From: a virus | Taxonomy: Duplodnaviria; Caudoviricetes | Strand: one strand, 5' to 3' | DNA length: 64,000 nucleotides | Virus record (IMG/VR): IMGVR_UViG_3300025401_000648 | Shown here: positions 41,344-50,371 of the stretch, piece after piece | Numbering within the stretch: the first letter of the stretch is position 1 | How the letters are laid out: every line of letters begins with the position of its first letter | Notes under the pieces: generated by a model | Database searches by the model: none | What the model saw: only the letters and a program-made list of their open reading frames with translations | Told to the model about the DNA's origin: nothing | Position numbers and translations under genes: made by a program

Positions 41344-42787
41344 AATCATTATCAAGGATGAAGTAAATGTTAAGATTGAAAATTTAGATCTTGACACACG
41401 CAAAGCCTTGGTTAAAAAATTCAAGTATGAAGACCCCACTGCTCGCTTCAGACCAGCCTATAAATTGGGTCGATGGGACGGCACAGTGAGCTTCTTTGGT
41501 CTTGGCGGAACAACCTACATGAGTATGCTTCCGCAGGTCTTAGAATACCTTGAGAGTAAGAATTTTTATATTGAATTAGAAGATCAGAGGTCTCCCATCT
41601 CCCTAGGATTTGACGAAATTTCCACGGATTTTTGGGGTGATTTGACATGGCCCGAAGGACATAGATTTGCTGGTCAACCCATACGACTTAGAGAAGACCA
41701 AGTTGAAGTCATAAACATATTTTTAAAAAATCCACAATGTATTCAGGAAATTGCCACTGGTTTTGGTAAAACAATTACCACCGCAACTTTGAGTAAAATT
41801 TGTGAAAAATATGGTCGAACAATAACCATTGTGCCTAATAAAAGTTTGGTAGAACAAACACTAGAAGATTTTGTCAACTGTGGTTTAGACGTAGGCGTTT
41901 ATTATGGTGACAAGAAAGATTTAGATCGAACACACACAATTTGTACTTGGCAAAGTCTTAATATTTTAGATAAAAATACCAAAAATTGGGACGAAGTAGC
42001 CTCGGCAAAATTAGAGCTATTATTGGACAATGTTCAAACAGTCATGGTAGATGAAGTACACATGGCCAAGGCAGAAGTGTTGAAAAATCTATTGACACGC
42101 AATCTAGCCAAAGCACCAATACGTTGGGGTTTGACTGGTACTATACCCAAGGCCGACCACGAATTTCAAAGCATCAAGGCCAGCCTAGGTGAGGTGGTTA
42201 ACCATGTACATGCTCATGAATTACAGGAAGCAGGTGTATTAAGTAACTGCCATGTGAACATTGTACAAACTGCCGAATGGAAAGAGTTTGGCGCATACGC
42301 AGAAGAATTAAAATATTTGGTCACTGATGATAATCGTATCTCTTATATCTGTGATCTAATACAAGGAATAGCGGAAACTGGGAACACCCTGGTACTAGTT
42401 GGTCGAATAGAGTCTGGAAAGACCATGGTCGAAAAAATGCCTGGAAGTGTTTTTATTAGTGGTGAAGTAAAAACCAAAGATCGAAAGGCAGAATATGACG
42501 AAGTTAAGACTGTTGACAACAAGATTATTGTGGCAACTTACGGTGTGGCCGCTGTGGGTATTAATATTCCTCGGATTTTTCATCTGGTTCTCATTGAGCC
42601 CGGTAAGAGCTTTGTCCGCGTTATACAATCAATTGGACGCGGTATTCGGAAAGCCGACGACAAAGACTTCGTACAGATCTGGGATATCACGGCGGCGTCA
42701 AAATATGCCAAGAGACACCTCACTGAACGCAAACGCTATTACAAGGAAGCGAAATATCCTTTCACAATTCAAAAGGTCAAATATTAA
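41324..42787 (+). CDS. uvsW: UvsW-like SF2 DNA helicase
   Basis: ATGFGKT, VDEVH, GLTGT, QSIGRGIR; TTG start (41324 or 41330). Confidence 0.92.
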   Translation: MTLTTCKIIIKDEVNVKIENLDLDTRKALVKKFKYEDPTARFRPAYKLGRWDGTVSFFGLGGTTYMSMLPQVLEYLESKNFYIELEDQRSPISLGFDEISTDFWGDLTWPEGHRFAGQPIRLREDQVEVINIFLKNPQCIQEIATGFGKTITTATLSKICEKYGRTITIVPNKSLVEQTLEDFVNCGLDVGVYYGDKKDLDRTHTICTWQSLNILDKNTKNWDEVASAKLELLLDNVQTVMVDEVHMAKAEVLKNLLTRNLAKAPIRWGLTGTIPKADHEFQSIKASLGEVVNHVHAHELQEAGVLSNCHVNIVQTAEWKEFGAYAEELKYLVTDDNRISYICDLIQGIAETGNTLVLVGRIESGKTMVEKMPGSVFISGEVKTKDRKAEYDEVKTVDNKIIVATYGVAAVGINIPRIFHLVLIEPGKSFVRVIQSIGRGIRKADDKDFVQIWDITAASKYAKRHLTERKRYYKEAKYPFTIQKVKY

Positions 42788-42789
42788 TA

Positions 42790-43293
42790 ATGCAAATACT
42801 AACAATAGAAAACGAAACGTTTTATCTGAATGAACTTCCAGACGAAATAGATGAAGACATGCGATTTGCTGTTATGGATAACAGCGATAGCTCCAATCCA
42901 GATCACTTGTTTGTACCACTGATCTTTTTAGAAAGTTTTACAGGGCCAGCTGTGGTGTTGAAGATTGGACCGCATGAACTTACCATGCCATTAGATTGGT
43001 GTACCATCGTAGGTGATCCAGAAGGTCCAGAAATGGAAGTGTTGCCATTGACTAGTCTTAACGATCGAGGGTTTAAAACATTTTGTTTCAATCCACGCAG
43101 TAGTTTTAGACCAGAATTTTTAGACATTGATATTATTGATGTTTATCAAGACGTCAAATGGTACTTTCCTAAAATGCGTCCGGGACAACTGCTGTGTACG
43201 CCATTGGAAAAAGGCCCCAAACCACGCTGTGCTTATTTTGTCAAAGAAGTTAGTCGTCAAAGTGAGATTGTAGATTATACTAAATGTTGGTAA
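42790..43293 (+). CDS. Hypothetical protein
   Basis: Coupled to uvsW; 167 aa. Confidence 0.65.
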   Translation: MQILTIENETFYLNELPDEIDEDMRFAVMDNSDSSNPDHLFVPLIFLESFTGPAVVLKIGPHELTMPLDWCTIVGDPEGPEMEVLPLTSLNDRGFKTFCFNPRSSFRPEFLDIDIIDVYQDVKWYFPKMRPGQLLCTPLEKGPKPRCAYFVKEVSRQSEIVDYTKCW

Positions 43294-43294
43294 T

Positions 43295-43603
43295 ATGGGA
43301 AATCTTAAACCAGGCGCAACGTATATTCATGAACGTGTAGGTGATGTTGTCTACAGCAGAGAATTTGGTGCCGATCCCAGCACCAGACAGGTAGCTGGCT
43401 GGGATTACAATAAAGATGATCCAAATTTTGATCCCAGGACATCGGATGGCCGTACATTGATTGATCAGATGCGAGAAGACCAGTTATGGGGAGAAATTAG
43501 ACGTGCGGCGAAATCCAATCCCACTATACAAGAAGCCCTGGAACGTGTTAAAATAACTTATTACCTTAGCAAAGAATATGATGATCGATATGGCAGAAAA
43601 TAA
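43295..43603 (+). CDS. Hypothetical protein
   Basis: Coupled ORF, 102 aa. Confidence 0.6.
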   Translation: MGNLKPGATYIHERVGDVVYSREFGADPSTRQVAGWDYNKDDPNFDPRTSDGRTLIDQMREDQLWGEIRRAAKSNPTIQEALERVKITYYLSKEYDDRYGRK

Positions 43604-43799
43604 TTCAGTATTTGTTGTTGGCGACAATGAAGTAATTCATATCGATGCCTCCGGCAATATAGGTGTTAGTACTTGTAGTCCTGGAAAATATTTTACCGTG
43701 ACATTTCCGCCAGATCCAGAACCTTTGACTGAATGGTATAAAGATGCTGTAAAACAAAAAGGACTTGTTCCACATAAAAAGGAAAGAGATGGCAACTAA
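43590..43799 (+). CDS. Small hypothetical protein carrying a tail-fibre-type IDASGNIGVST motif
   Basis: Fills the gap between two genes and overlaps both slightly. Confidence 0.4.
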   Translation: MAENNSVFVVGDNEVIHIDASGNIGVSTCSPGKYFTVTFPPDPEPLTEWYKDAVKQKGLVPHKKERDGN

Positions 43800-44280
43800 A
43801 AAGACAGCTAAACCAAAAAAAGAAAAATTACTGGAAATTGGTCGAGTAATGTCTGCCATTGACACTAAAAATTATGAATTTTACAACAACCTAACTCCGG
43901 AAGAACAAAAAGAGTTTAGCCCTTATCCCTTACTTCGATCTGTCAGCAACACCACAAGTAAAAATAGAGACCTACAGGAATGGTATGTAGAAATGACCAA
44001 TGAAATGGTCAATAAAAATTTCTTTGAACTAAATCATAAGCATCCTGGATTGATGTATAAGCTATACGCAACAGTAGGTACCGGCGGTACTACTTTTCAC
44101 GGATACTTACCATCCCTTAAGTATAAGTTTGATAAATTTGAAAAACTATTGGGTGAAATATACCCTGCTATGAAAGCTGATGAGATCAAAATGCTAGCCA
44201 GCATGATGGATAAAAATGACCGAGAAGAGTTGTTTGACAGCATGGGATTTGATAAGAAACAAAGGAAAGAATATGAGTAA
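43789..44280 (+). CDS. Probable clamp-loader small subunit (T4 gp62-like)
   Basis: EFSPYPLLRSVS, YVEMTNEMVNKNFF, HPGL pattern and replication context. Confidence 0.55.
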   Translation: MATKKTAKPKKEKLLEIGRVMSAIDTKNYEFYNNLTPEEQKEFSPYPLLRSVSNTTSKNRDLQEWYVEMTNEMVNKNFFELNHKHPGLMYKLYATVGTGGTTFHGYLPSLKYKFDKFEKLLGEIYPAMKADEIKMLASMMDKNDREELFDSMGFDKKQRKEYE

Positions 44281-44467
44281 AGAATTATGGACTGTATCAG
44301 TAAATAAAAATCATGAAGTTTACATCGTGTCAGATGATCACACTCATGACATAACAATGAAGGTTGAAGGTACTTTTGTCGAACTAGATGACCTTGTTTG
44401 GTTTGCCAGCAATTTGGCAAGAAAATTAAACGGAACATTAAATGATAGCGTTGGTGAATCAGTCTAA
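44273..44467 (+). CDS. Small hypothetical protein
   Basis: ATG overlaps the previous stop; 64 aa. Confidence 0.45.
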   Translation: MSKELWTVSVNKNHEVYIVSDDHTHDITMKVEGTFVELDDLVWFASNLARKLNGTLNDSVGESV

Positions 44468-45137
44468 TAAGTGCGCTCATTGTGGCAAGGCATTTGTACA
44501 AGAAAAAACTCTTGTGGCTCATATGTGCGAAAGAAAACGCCGTGCGCTTCAAAAAAATGAAAAGAGAGTACAAGCTGGCTACATGGCATTTAATAGATTC
44601 TGGCAGTTGGCCCAAGGCGGAAAAAAGCTCAAAACCTATGAAGAATTTTGTGATACTGCCTACTATAATGCTTTTGTTAAATTTGGTTCTTTTATAAACA
44701 ATACTAATCCACTATATCCAGACAAATTTGTTGACTATGTGATTAAAAGCGGAATCAAATTGGATCACTGGTGTAGAGACGACTTATACGAAAAATATCT
44801 GTATGACACAATAAAGACAGAGCCGGTGGAATCCGCAGTACAACGAACCATACAAAATATGATGGAATGGGCCGACGAACACAAAGCACAATTTGAACAT
44901 TATTTCAATTATGTTAGTTTAAACAAAGCAGTACATGATATTAGAAACGGCAATATTAGCCCGTGGGTAATTTTAAATACCAACACTGGTAAAAAAATGA
45001 TACAGACAATGAGTGACGAACAGTTGGATATGATTGCTCCGGCTTTTGATGTTCCGTATTGGTTAAAAAGATTTAAAGAAGTGCCAGCAGATGTTGCGCT
45101 GGTAAAAGAAATTTGCGAAGAGGCAGGTATTATATGA
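44442..45137 (+). CDS. Hypothetical protein with N-terminal C2H2-like Zn finger
   Basis: CAHCGKAF...HMCE. Confidence 0.65.
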   Translation: MIALVNQSNKCAHCGKAFVQEKTLVAHMCERKRRALQKNEKRVQAGYMAFNRFWQLAQGGKKLKTYEEFCDTAYYNAFVKFGSFINNTNPLYPDKFVDYVIKSGIKLDHWCRDDLYEKYLYDTIKTEPVESAVQRTIQNMMEWADEHKAQFEHYFNYVSLNKAVHDIRNGNISPWVILNTNTGKKMIQTMSDEQLDMIAPAFDVPYWLKRFKEVPADVALVKEICEEAGII

Positions 45138-45493
45138 CACAATTAAAAGGATTAGTTCCAAAAGGATGGGGCTCGGAATATATTTGGGCTACCAATGACA
45201 AGTACTGTGGAAAATTTATGAACTTTAACACAGGTGCTAAGTTTAGCATGCACTTTCATAAAGACAAAGAAGAAACATGGTATATACAATCAGGCAAGTT
45301 TATTATCCGTTGGATTGATACTATTAACGCAGAAGTTTACGAAAAAGAAGTACATGACGGTGCTGTGTGGCATAATCCTCCATGTATGCCACACCAAATT
45401 GAATGCCTAGAAGCGGGTACTGTCATTGAAGTAAGTACTCCGGACTCTGTTGAAGACAACTATCGTGTGGGTAAAGGTGACAGTCAAAAATGA
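45134..45493 (+). CDS. Cupin-fold protein (sugar isomerase-like)
   Basis: VPKGWGSE, SMHFHKDKEETW, PHQIECL, EVSTPD. Confidence 0.8.
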   Translation: MTQLKGLVPKGWGSEYIWATNDKYCGKFMNFNTGAKFSMHFHKDKEETWYIQSGKFIIRWIDTINAEVYEKEVHDGAVWHNPPCMPHQIECLEAGTVIEVSTPDSVEDNYRVGKGDSQK

Positions 45494-46257
45494 AAATTTT
45501 AATCACAGGATATAAGGGATTTATTGGCCAAAATATGGTCAATGCGCTCAAAGATGAACATGAATTAAGTTTTTATGAATGGGGAGATCAAGTTCCAGAA
45601 TTTGAAGGTCTTGACTGGTGTATTCATCTTGGTGCTATCAGTAGTACCAACGAAAAGAATGTGGAAAAGGTCATGCGACAAAATCATGACTTCAGTTGTA
45701 TGTTGCTTGTGGCTTGCCAAATCAACAAGGTAAATTTACAATACGCATCCAGTGCCAGTGTATATGGCATGGGTCCAAACTTCAGCGAGGATGGCGAACT
45801 AAGTCCGCAAAGTCCTTATGCTTGGAGCAAATATTTGTTTGATAGACATGTCAAATCACAAAAATTTGACAACATTATTGTACAAGGGTTTCGATATTTT
45901 AATGTCTACGGTCCACACGAAGATCACAAGGATCAACCGAGCCCGCATCACAAATTTACCAAGCAAGCAGAAACAACTGGTGTGATTAAATTGTTTGAAG
46001 GTAGCGAAAATTTTAAACGTGATTTTGTGCCAGTGAGTGAAGTAATCAACATACACAAGAAATTTTTTGATGTTAAAGAAACTGGTATATGGAATGTGGG
46101 CACTGGCAAACCTCAATCATTTCAGCATATAGCAGAAACTATTGCTGAAGGTATGGAAGCACGGATTGAATATATTCCAATGCCTGATGATATCAAGTCA
46201 CAGTACCAAAAATACACCTGTGCCGACTTAACCAAGTTACGGAAATATTATCCATGA
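45490..46257 (+). CDS. hldD: ADP-L-glycero-D-manno-heptose 6-epimerase-like NAD-dependent epimerase
   Basis: TGYKGFIG, HLGAISST, YASSASVYG, YAWSK, RYFNVYGPHE, RDFV. Confidence 0.85.
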   Translation: MKILITGYKGFIGQNMVNALKDEHELSFYEWGDQVPEFEGLDWCIHLGAISSTNEKNVEKVMRQNHDFSCMLLVACQINKVNLQYASSASVYGMGPNFSEDGELSPQSPYAWSKYLFDRHVKSQKFDNIIVQGFRYFNVYGPHEDHKDQPSPHHKFTKQAETTGVIKLFEGSENFKRDFVPVSEVINIHKKFFDVKETGIWNVGTGKPQSFQHIAETIAEGMEARIEYIPMPDDIKSQYQKYTCADLTKLRKYYP

Positions 46258-46655
46258 CCACGGTAATGGTTAACGGAACATTTGATATTTTGCATCCTGG
46301 ACATGTGGCGTTGTTAAACACTGCCCGTAGTTATGGTGATTATCTTGTTGTGGCAATAGACACAGATCGACGTGTTAAAGAACTTAAAGGCCACAAAAGA
46401 CCAATCAACAATCAAAATTTTAGACGTACTATGTTATCAAATCTTAAAGCTGTGGATGTTGTAGAATTTTTTGATAGTACAGAAGAATTAATTGAACTGA
46501 TGAAAATGTATAAACCAGATGTGTATGTCAAGGGTAGTGACTGGAAAACGGACACACAATCCACAGCACATCAATATTGTAAGGAAGTAGTTTATTATGA
46601 CAGAGTTGGCGACTATTCAACCAGCAAGATCATTCAAGATATTATTATTGGGTGA
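46254..46655 (+). CDS. HldE/RfaE-type nucleotidyltransferase (stand-alone domain II)
   Basis: NGTFDILHPGH (HxGH), RPIN, VKGSDW, YSTSKII. Confidence 0.85.
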   Translation: MTTVMVNGTFDILHPGHVALLNTARSYGDYLVVAIDTDRRVKELKGHKRPINNQNFRRTMLSNLKAVDVVEFFDSTEELIELMKMYKPDVYVKGSDWKTDTQSTAHQYCKEVVYYDRVGDYSTSKIIQDIIIG

Positions 46656-47382
46656 CAGTTGTACTGACGAGTACTATATAGGTACTTGCGATAGACTAAA
46701 TCCCGAAGCACCTGTTCCCATTATGAATATTCGGGACCACTATACCACACCGGGTATGGCCAGTAATGTATATAAAAATTTAACCACATTAGGTTGCAAA
46801 GTTGATTTTATTACCAATGCGGAAACAATTACAAAGACACGTTACATTGATAAAAAATCTGGTCAACATTTATTAAGAGTAGATAATGACTGTGAACTAA
46901 CTCCCTGGAGTGGCCGCACTACACTACCTTTAGAAACTTATGATGCCATTGTAATGAGCGATTACAATAAAGGATTTTTAACATATTCAGAAATGCAACA
47001 TGTATGTAGATCGTTTGATGGCCCAATTTTTATTGACACCAAAAAAACAGACCTAAGACGATTTAATCCTGCTTTTATCAAAATTAATGAATTAGAATAT
47101 AGCAAACGAACTAGCGAAGCCAGTAATATGATTATTACTCTAGGTGGACGAGGTGCTATGTATAAAAAAGATTTTCTAACAGCGGTTTACGATGGATACC
47201 CTGCCGAAATAGTGGATGTATGCGGATGTGGTGATACCTTTTTATCAGCATTGACTTATCAATACCTAATGACAAAGGATATAGATAGTGCTATAATATT
47301 TGCTAATGCCGCGGCCAGTATCACAGTACAACACCGAGGAAATTATGCCCCAACATTGGACGAAATAAATGCCAGACATTGA
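46597..47382 (+). CDS. HldE/RfaE-type PfkB heptose kinase (stand-alone domain I)
   Basis: GDSCTDEY, RLNPEAPVP, SDYNKG, DVCGCGDTF. Confidence 0.85.
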   Translation: MTELATIQPARSFKILLLGDSCTDEYYIGTCDRLNPEAPVPIMNIRDHYTTPGMASNVYKNLTTLGCKVDFITNAETITKTRYIDKKSGQHLLRVDNDCELTPWSGRTTLPLETYDAIVMSDYNKGFLTYSEMQHVCRSFDGPIFIDTKKTDLRRFNPAFIKINELEYSKRTSEASNMIITLGGRGAMYKKDFLTAVYDGYPAEIVDVCGCGDTFLSALTYQYLMTKDIDSAIIFANAAASITVQHRGNYAPTLDEINARH

Positions 47383-47938
47383 TATCGATTTTGCCGATAG
47401 AACGCAGATACTTGATGTAATTAAACATGTACCAGCAACCATCGACGGAGTCAAAAAACACAATACAGGAATTTATGTACAGGAGATTCCAGTTAATCCA
47501 TTGACTGGACAATCCAGTATTGAATATAAGATCGCTGAAGCAAGGGGCTATTTTAAGATAGATTTTTTGAATGTCAGCATATATAAAGACATCAAAAATG
47601 AAGAACATTTAAACACATTACTATCAACGGAGCCATTATGGGATCTACTAGAACAAGAAGAATTCACGAATCTCTTATTTCACGTGAATGGTCACGGGCA
47701 CATCTTGAAGACGCTGAAACCGAAAACAATAGAAGAGCTCGCGGCCTGCTTGGCAATAATACGCCCAGCAAAAAAACACCTCTTAGACAAGAGCTGGAAC
47801 GACATATTCGCAGAAGTATGGACGAAGCCGACGACTGACGACTATTATTTTAAAAAAGCACACGCTGTGGCCTACGCAATGGCTATAGTTGTTCAAATGA
47901 ATTTGATCTGTGAGAGAATTAGCTACGAATACTCTTAG
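47369..47938 (+). CDS. Miniature DnaE (Pol III alpha)-like catalytic fragment (189 aa)
   Basis: PDIDID, KHNTGIY, KIDFLN, YFKKAHAVAYA correspond to DnaE palm/finger motifs. Confidence 0.75.
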   Translation: MPDIDIDFADRTQILDVIKHVPATIDGVKKHNTGIYVQEIPVNPLTGQSSIEYKIAEARGYFKIDFLNVSIYKDIKNEEHLNTLLSTEPLWDLLEQEEFTNLLFHVNGHGHILKTLKPKTIEELAACLAIIRPAKKHLLDKSWNDIFAEVWTKPTTDDYYFKKAHAVAYAMAIVVQMNLICERISYEYS

Positions 47939-48302
47939 GAGTTCTAACCAGTTGAATTGATTTGCGTTTGATCCGCTTTTCCGCAATCTCTCTTAAATTA
48001 ACACTGGGTCCAAAGATTAGTTCAACATCTTTGCTGTTAAAAGTTTTAATGGTATACTTGAACAACTGCATTTGTTGTTTAAGGAAAATATTAATGGGAA
48101 TTCTACGATTGCTTTCCCACCACCAAGTTTCTCCCATTTCTAAAAAAAGCTGTCGTTCTGCGGAGGTTTTGATCAGTGAAATGTCGTAGATAGTGGCCAC
48201 GTATTCGTCAAAATTTATTATGATTCCGACATACTCTGTATTATTTGATTTGATACAGGAAACAAAGGGATAGTTTTCTTGGAAGGTTTCTGGGGTTACC
48301 AT
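47919..48302 (-). CDS. Hypothetical protein
   Basis: 127 aa; WWWESNRRIPINIFL and KRKSIQLVR look like a genuine protein; convergent with the DnaE-like gene. Confidence 0.65.
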   Translation of the reverse strand: MVTPETFQENYPFVSCIKSNNTEYVGIIINFDEYVATIYDISLIKTSAERQLFLEMGETWWWESNRRIPINIFLKQQMQLFKYTIKTFNSKDVELIFGPSVNLREIAEKRIKRKSIQLVRTPKSIRS

Positions 48303-48319
48303 TATTAATAAATACTCTT

Positions 48320-49363
48320 ATGCAAAGTTTACCAATCTATTTATATCCAAATATACTCGAGGTCATATTAGATTTGGATCCAACTACTCGAGGAGTCAAT
48401 CAGGTTATGTATCAACGTGAACTAACAATACAAAAAGGTATTAAAAACAATATAAGAATACAATTTAAGAACAGCGACCAAAAATTGGTAACTGTGTCTA
48501 GTAGTTCCGTGTTTGTGTTTAACATGTTTGATGCCACAACTCAAAGACAGTTGTTGAGAAAACAATTAACAATCTTAGATGATACAATGTTGGCAAATAC
48601 TTCAGCAGATCAACCTGTGACTGGCAATACATTGACATTTACCAACACCAATGGCATTGCTATAGGACAGACTGTAAGTGGTTTTGGAATAACACCAAAT
48701 AGCACAGTGGTCAACGTATCAACTAACACTGTCACCTTGAACCATTTGACAACCTATCCAGTATCTTCCTCAACTTCATTGACTGTTGCAACTCTAGCTC
48801 TACGTGGGACCGCACAACTATCACTAACTGAAAGCGACACATTAGGTTTAGATATAGGGCCTTATCAGTACTCGGTGACCTACATGGATATGACTGATGG
48901 CACATTTTTACCCACATATTCTAACACCTATTACAATGTTGCTGGTATAGTAAATGTGGCACAAGATGCGTACCCTGTACTTCAGCCCAGTCAGGAAATC
49001 ACTGCTTTCTTAAAAACCTATAATTCTCATACTCAGTTATATGAATGGAAAAGCGGCAATGTCTATGCCTATCCAGAGTATAATTCAAACTCAGCTCTTC
49101 AAACCGCGGCCATGTACATGACCAATTTCCGAGGACAAGTGTTTATCCAAGGCACATTAAGCAATCAACCAGACAGTTACAACAAATACTTTACCATCGC
49201 TGCCAATACCTATAATGGGTTCAGTGGAGTTGACTATGTGAATTTCAACGGTATCTATTCTTATATTAGAATCATGTATATCCCTACCAAAGGCCCTTTG
49301 GATTCGGACAACACAGACACTGCTTACTCCGGAACCTTTGACAAAGTCCTATATAGAAGTTAA
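48320..49363 (+). CDS. Probable virion structural protein (beta-rich)
   Basis: TAAATA 5 nt upstream; Thr-rich GIAIGQTVSGFGI module; GPYQYSV segment. Confidence 0.45.
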   Translation: MQSLPIYLYPNILEVILDLDPTTRGVNQVMYQRELTIQKGIKNNIRIQFKNSDQKLVTVSSSSVFVFNMFDATTQRQLLRKQLTILDDTMLANTSADQPVTGNTLTFTNTNGIAIGQTVSGFGITPNSTVVNVSTNTVTLNHLTTYPVSSSTSLTVATLALRGTAQLSLTESDTLGLDIGPYQYSVTYMDMTDGTFLPTYSNTYYNVAGIVNVAQDAYPVLQPSQEITAFLKTYNSHTQLYEWKSGNVYAYPEYNSNSALQTAAMYMTNFRGQVFIQGTLSNQPDSYNKYFTIAANTYNGFSGVDYVNFNGIYSYIRIMYIPTKGPLDSDNTDTAYSGTFDKVLYRS

Positions 49364-49372
49364 ACTTAATAG

Positions 49373-50371
49373 ATGAATGACATACAGTCGACTCTATTAA
49401 CATTACTGCCTCCAAAAAGAAAATCTACACCCAGTGGATGGACTAGCTTTGATGCTGTGTGTTGCCATAACAATGGAAATACTCGAGACACTAGAAAACG
49501 TGGCGGAGTACTAATAAATTCAGATGGCGGATTTCAGTATCACTGCTTTAACTGTAATTTCAAAGCGGGCTGGACTCCGGGCAAACTATTAAGTAAAAAT
49601 ACCAAAAATTTATTCAAGTGGTTGGGCCTATCTGAATCTGATATTGGCAAGTTAGGGTTGGCCGCTCTTAAAATCAAAGACGATCAACCTGTAATCAAAC
49701 GTCCGCTAAATTTTGTATTGGAAGAAAGACCGCTACCTGATGATTGTTTATCCATCGATACCTGGGTAGCAGAAGATTGTCAAGATCCAGAACTGCTGGC
49801 TGTAATTGAATATATTGTATCAACTCGCAAAATGTCTTGGGATTGGTATGATTGGCATTGGAGTGCCACCCCCGGTTATAGAGACCGTGTGATTATTCCG
49901 TTTTATCATGAAGGTAAAATTGTGGGTTATACTGGGCGCAAAATAACAGACGGTAAGCCCAAGTATTTGACTGATGCTCAACCAGGATATGTGTTCAATA
50001 TAGATGCTCAGATCAACAATAGGCAGTATACTATAGTTGTAGAAGGACAGTTTGATGCTATTGCTATTCAAGGATGTGCTATAGGTCATAATGAGCCTAA
50101 CGAAACTCAGATCATGCGGATTAACGCATTGAATCGTGAAGTTATAGTTGTGCCAGATCGAGATCGCCCAGGTGCCAAGATGATAAAAACAGCCATTGAA
50201 CAAGGATGGAGTGTGAGCTTGCCCCCTTGGGAAGATGACATCAAGGATGTGGCTGATGCTGTAAAAAGATATGGAAGACTGTATACCTTAACCACAATTT
50301 TAAAGTACAAAGTGTCAGGCGAGATAAATTTACATCTATTAAAGAAGAAACTAGAGAATGTCGAAGAATAA
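49373..50371 (+). CDS. DNA primase (T4 gp61-like)
   Basis: N-terminal Zn finger (CCH...HCFNC), GYTGR, TOPRIM VVEGQFDA, PDRD. Confidence 0.88.
   Translation: MNDIQSTLLTLLPPKRKSTPSGWTSFDAVCCHNNGNTRDTRKRGGVLINSDGGFQYHCFNCNFKAGWTPGKLLSKNTKNLFKWLGLSESDIGKLGLAALKIKDDQPVIKRPLNFVLEERPLPDDCLSIDTWVAEDCQDPELLAVIEYIVSTRKMSWDWYDWHWSATPGYRDRVIIPFYHEGKIVGYTGRKITDGKPKYLTDAQPGYVFNIDAQINNRQYTIVVEGQFDAIAIQGCAIGHNEPNETQIMRINALNREVIVVPDRDRPGAKMIKTAIEQGWSVSLPPWEDDIKDVADAVKRYGRLYTLTTILKYKVSGEINLHLLKKKLENVEE

Noticed and set aside
33467-42787. Inteins or introns in terL, uvsX or uvsW
   Set aside because: All are of normal length with continuous motifs.
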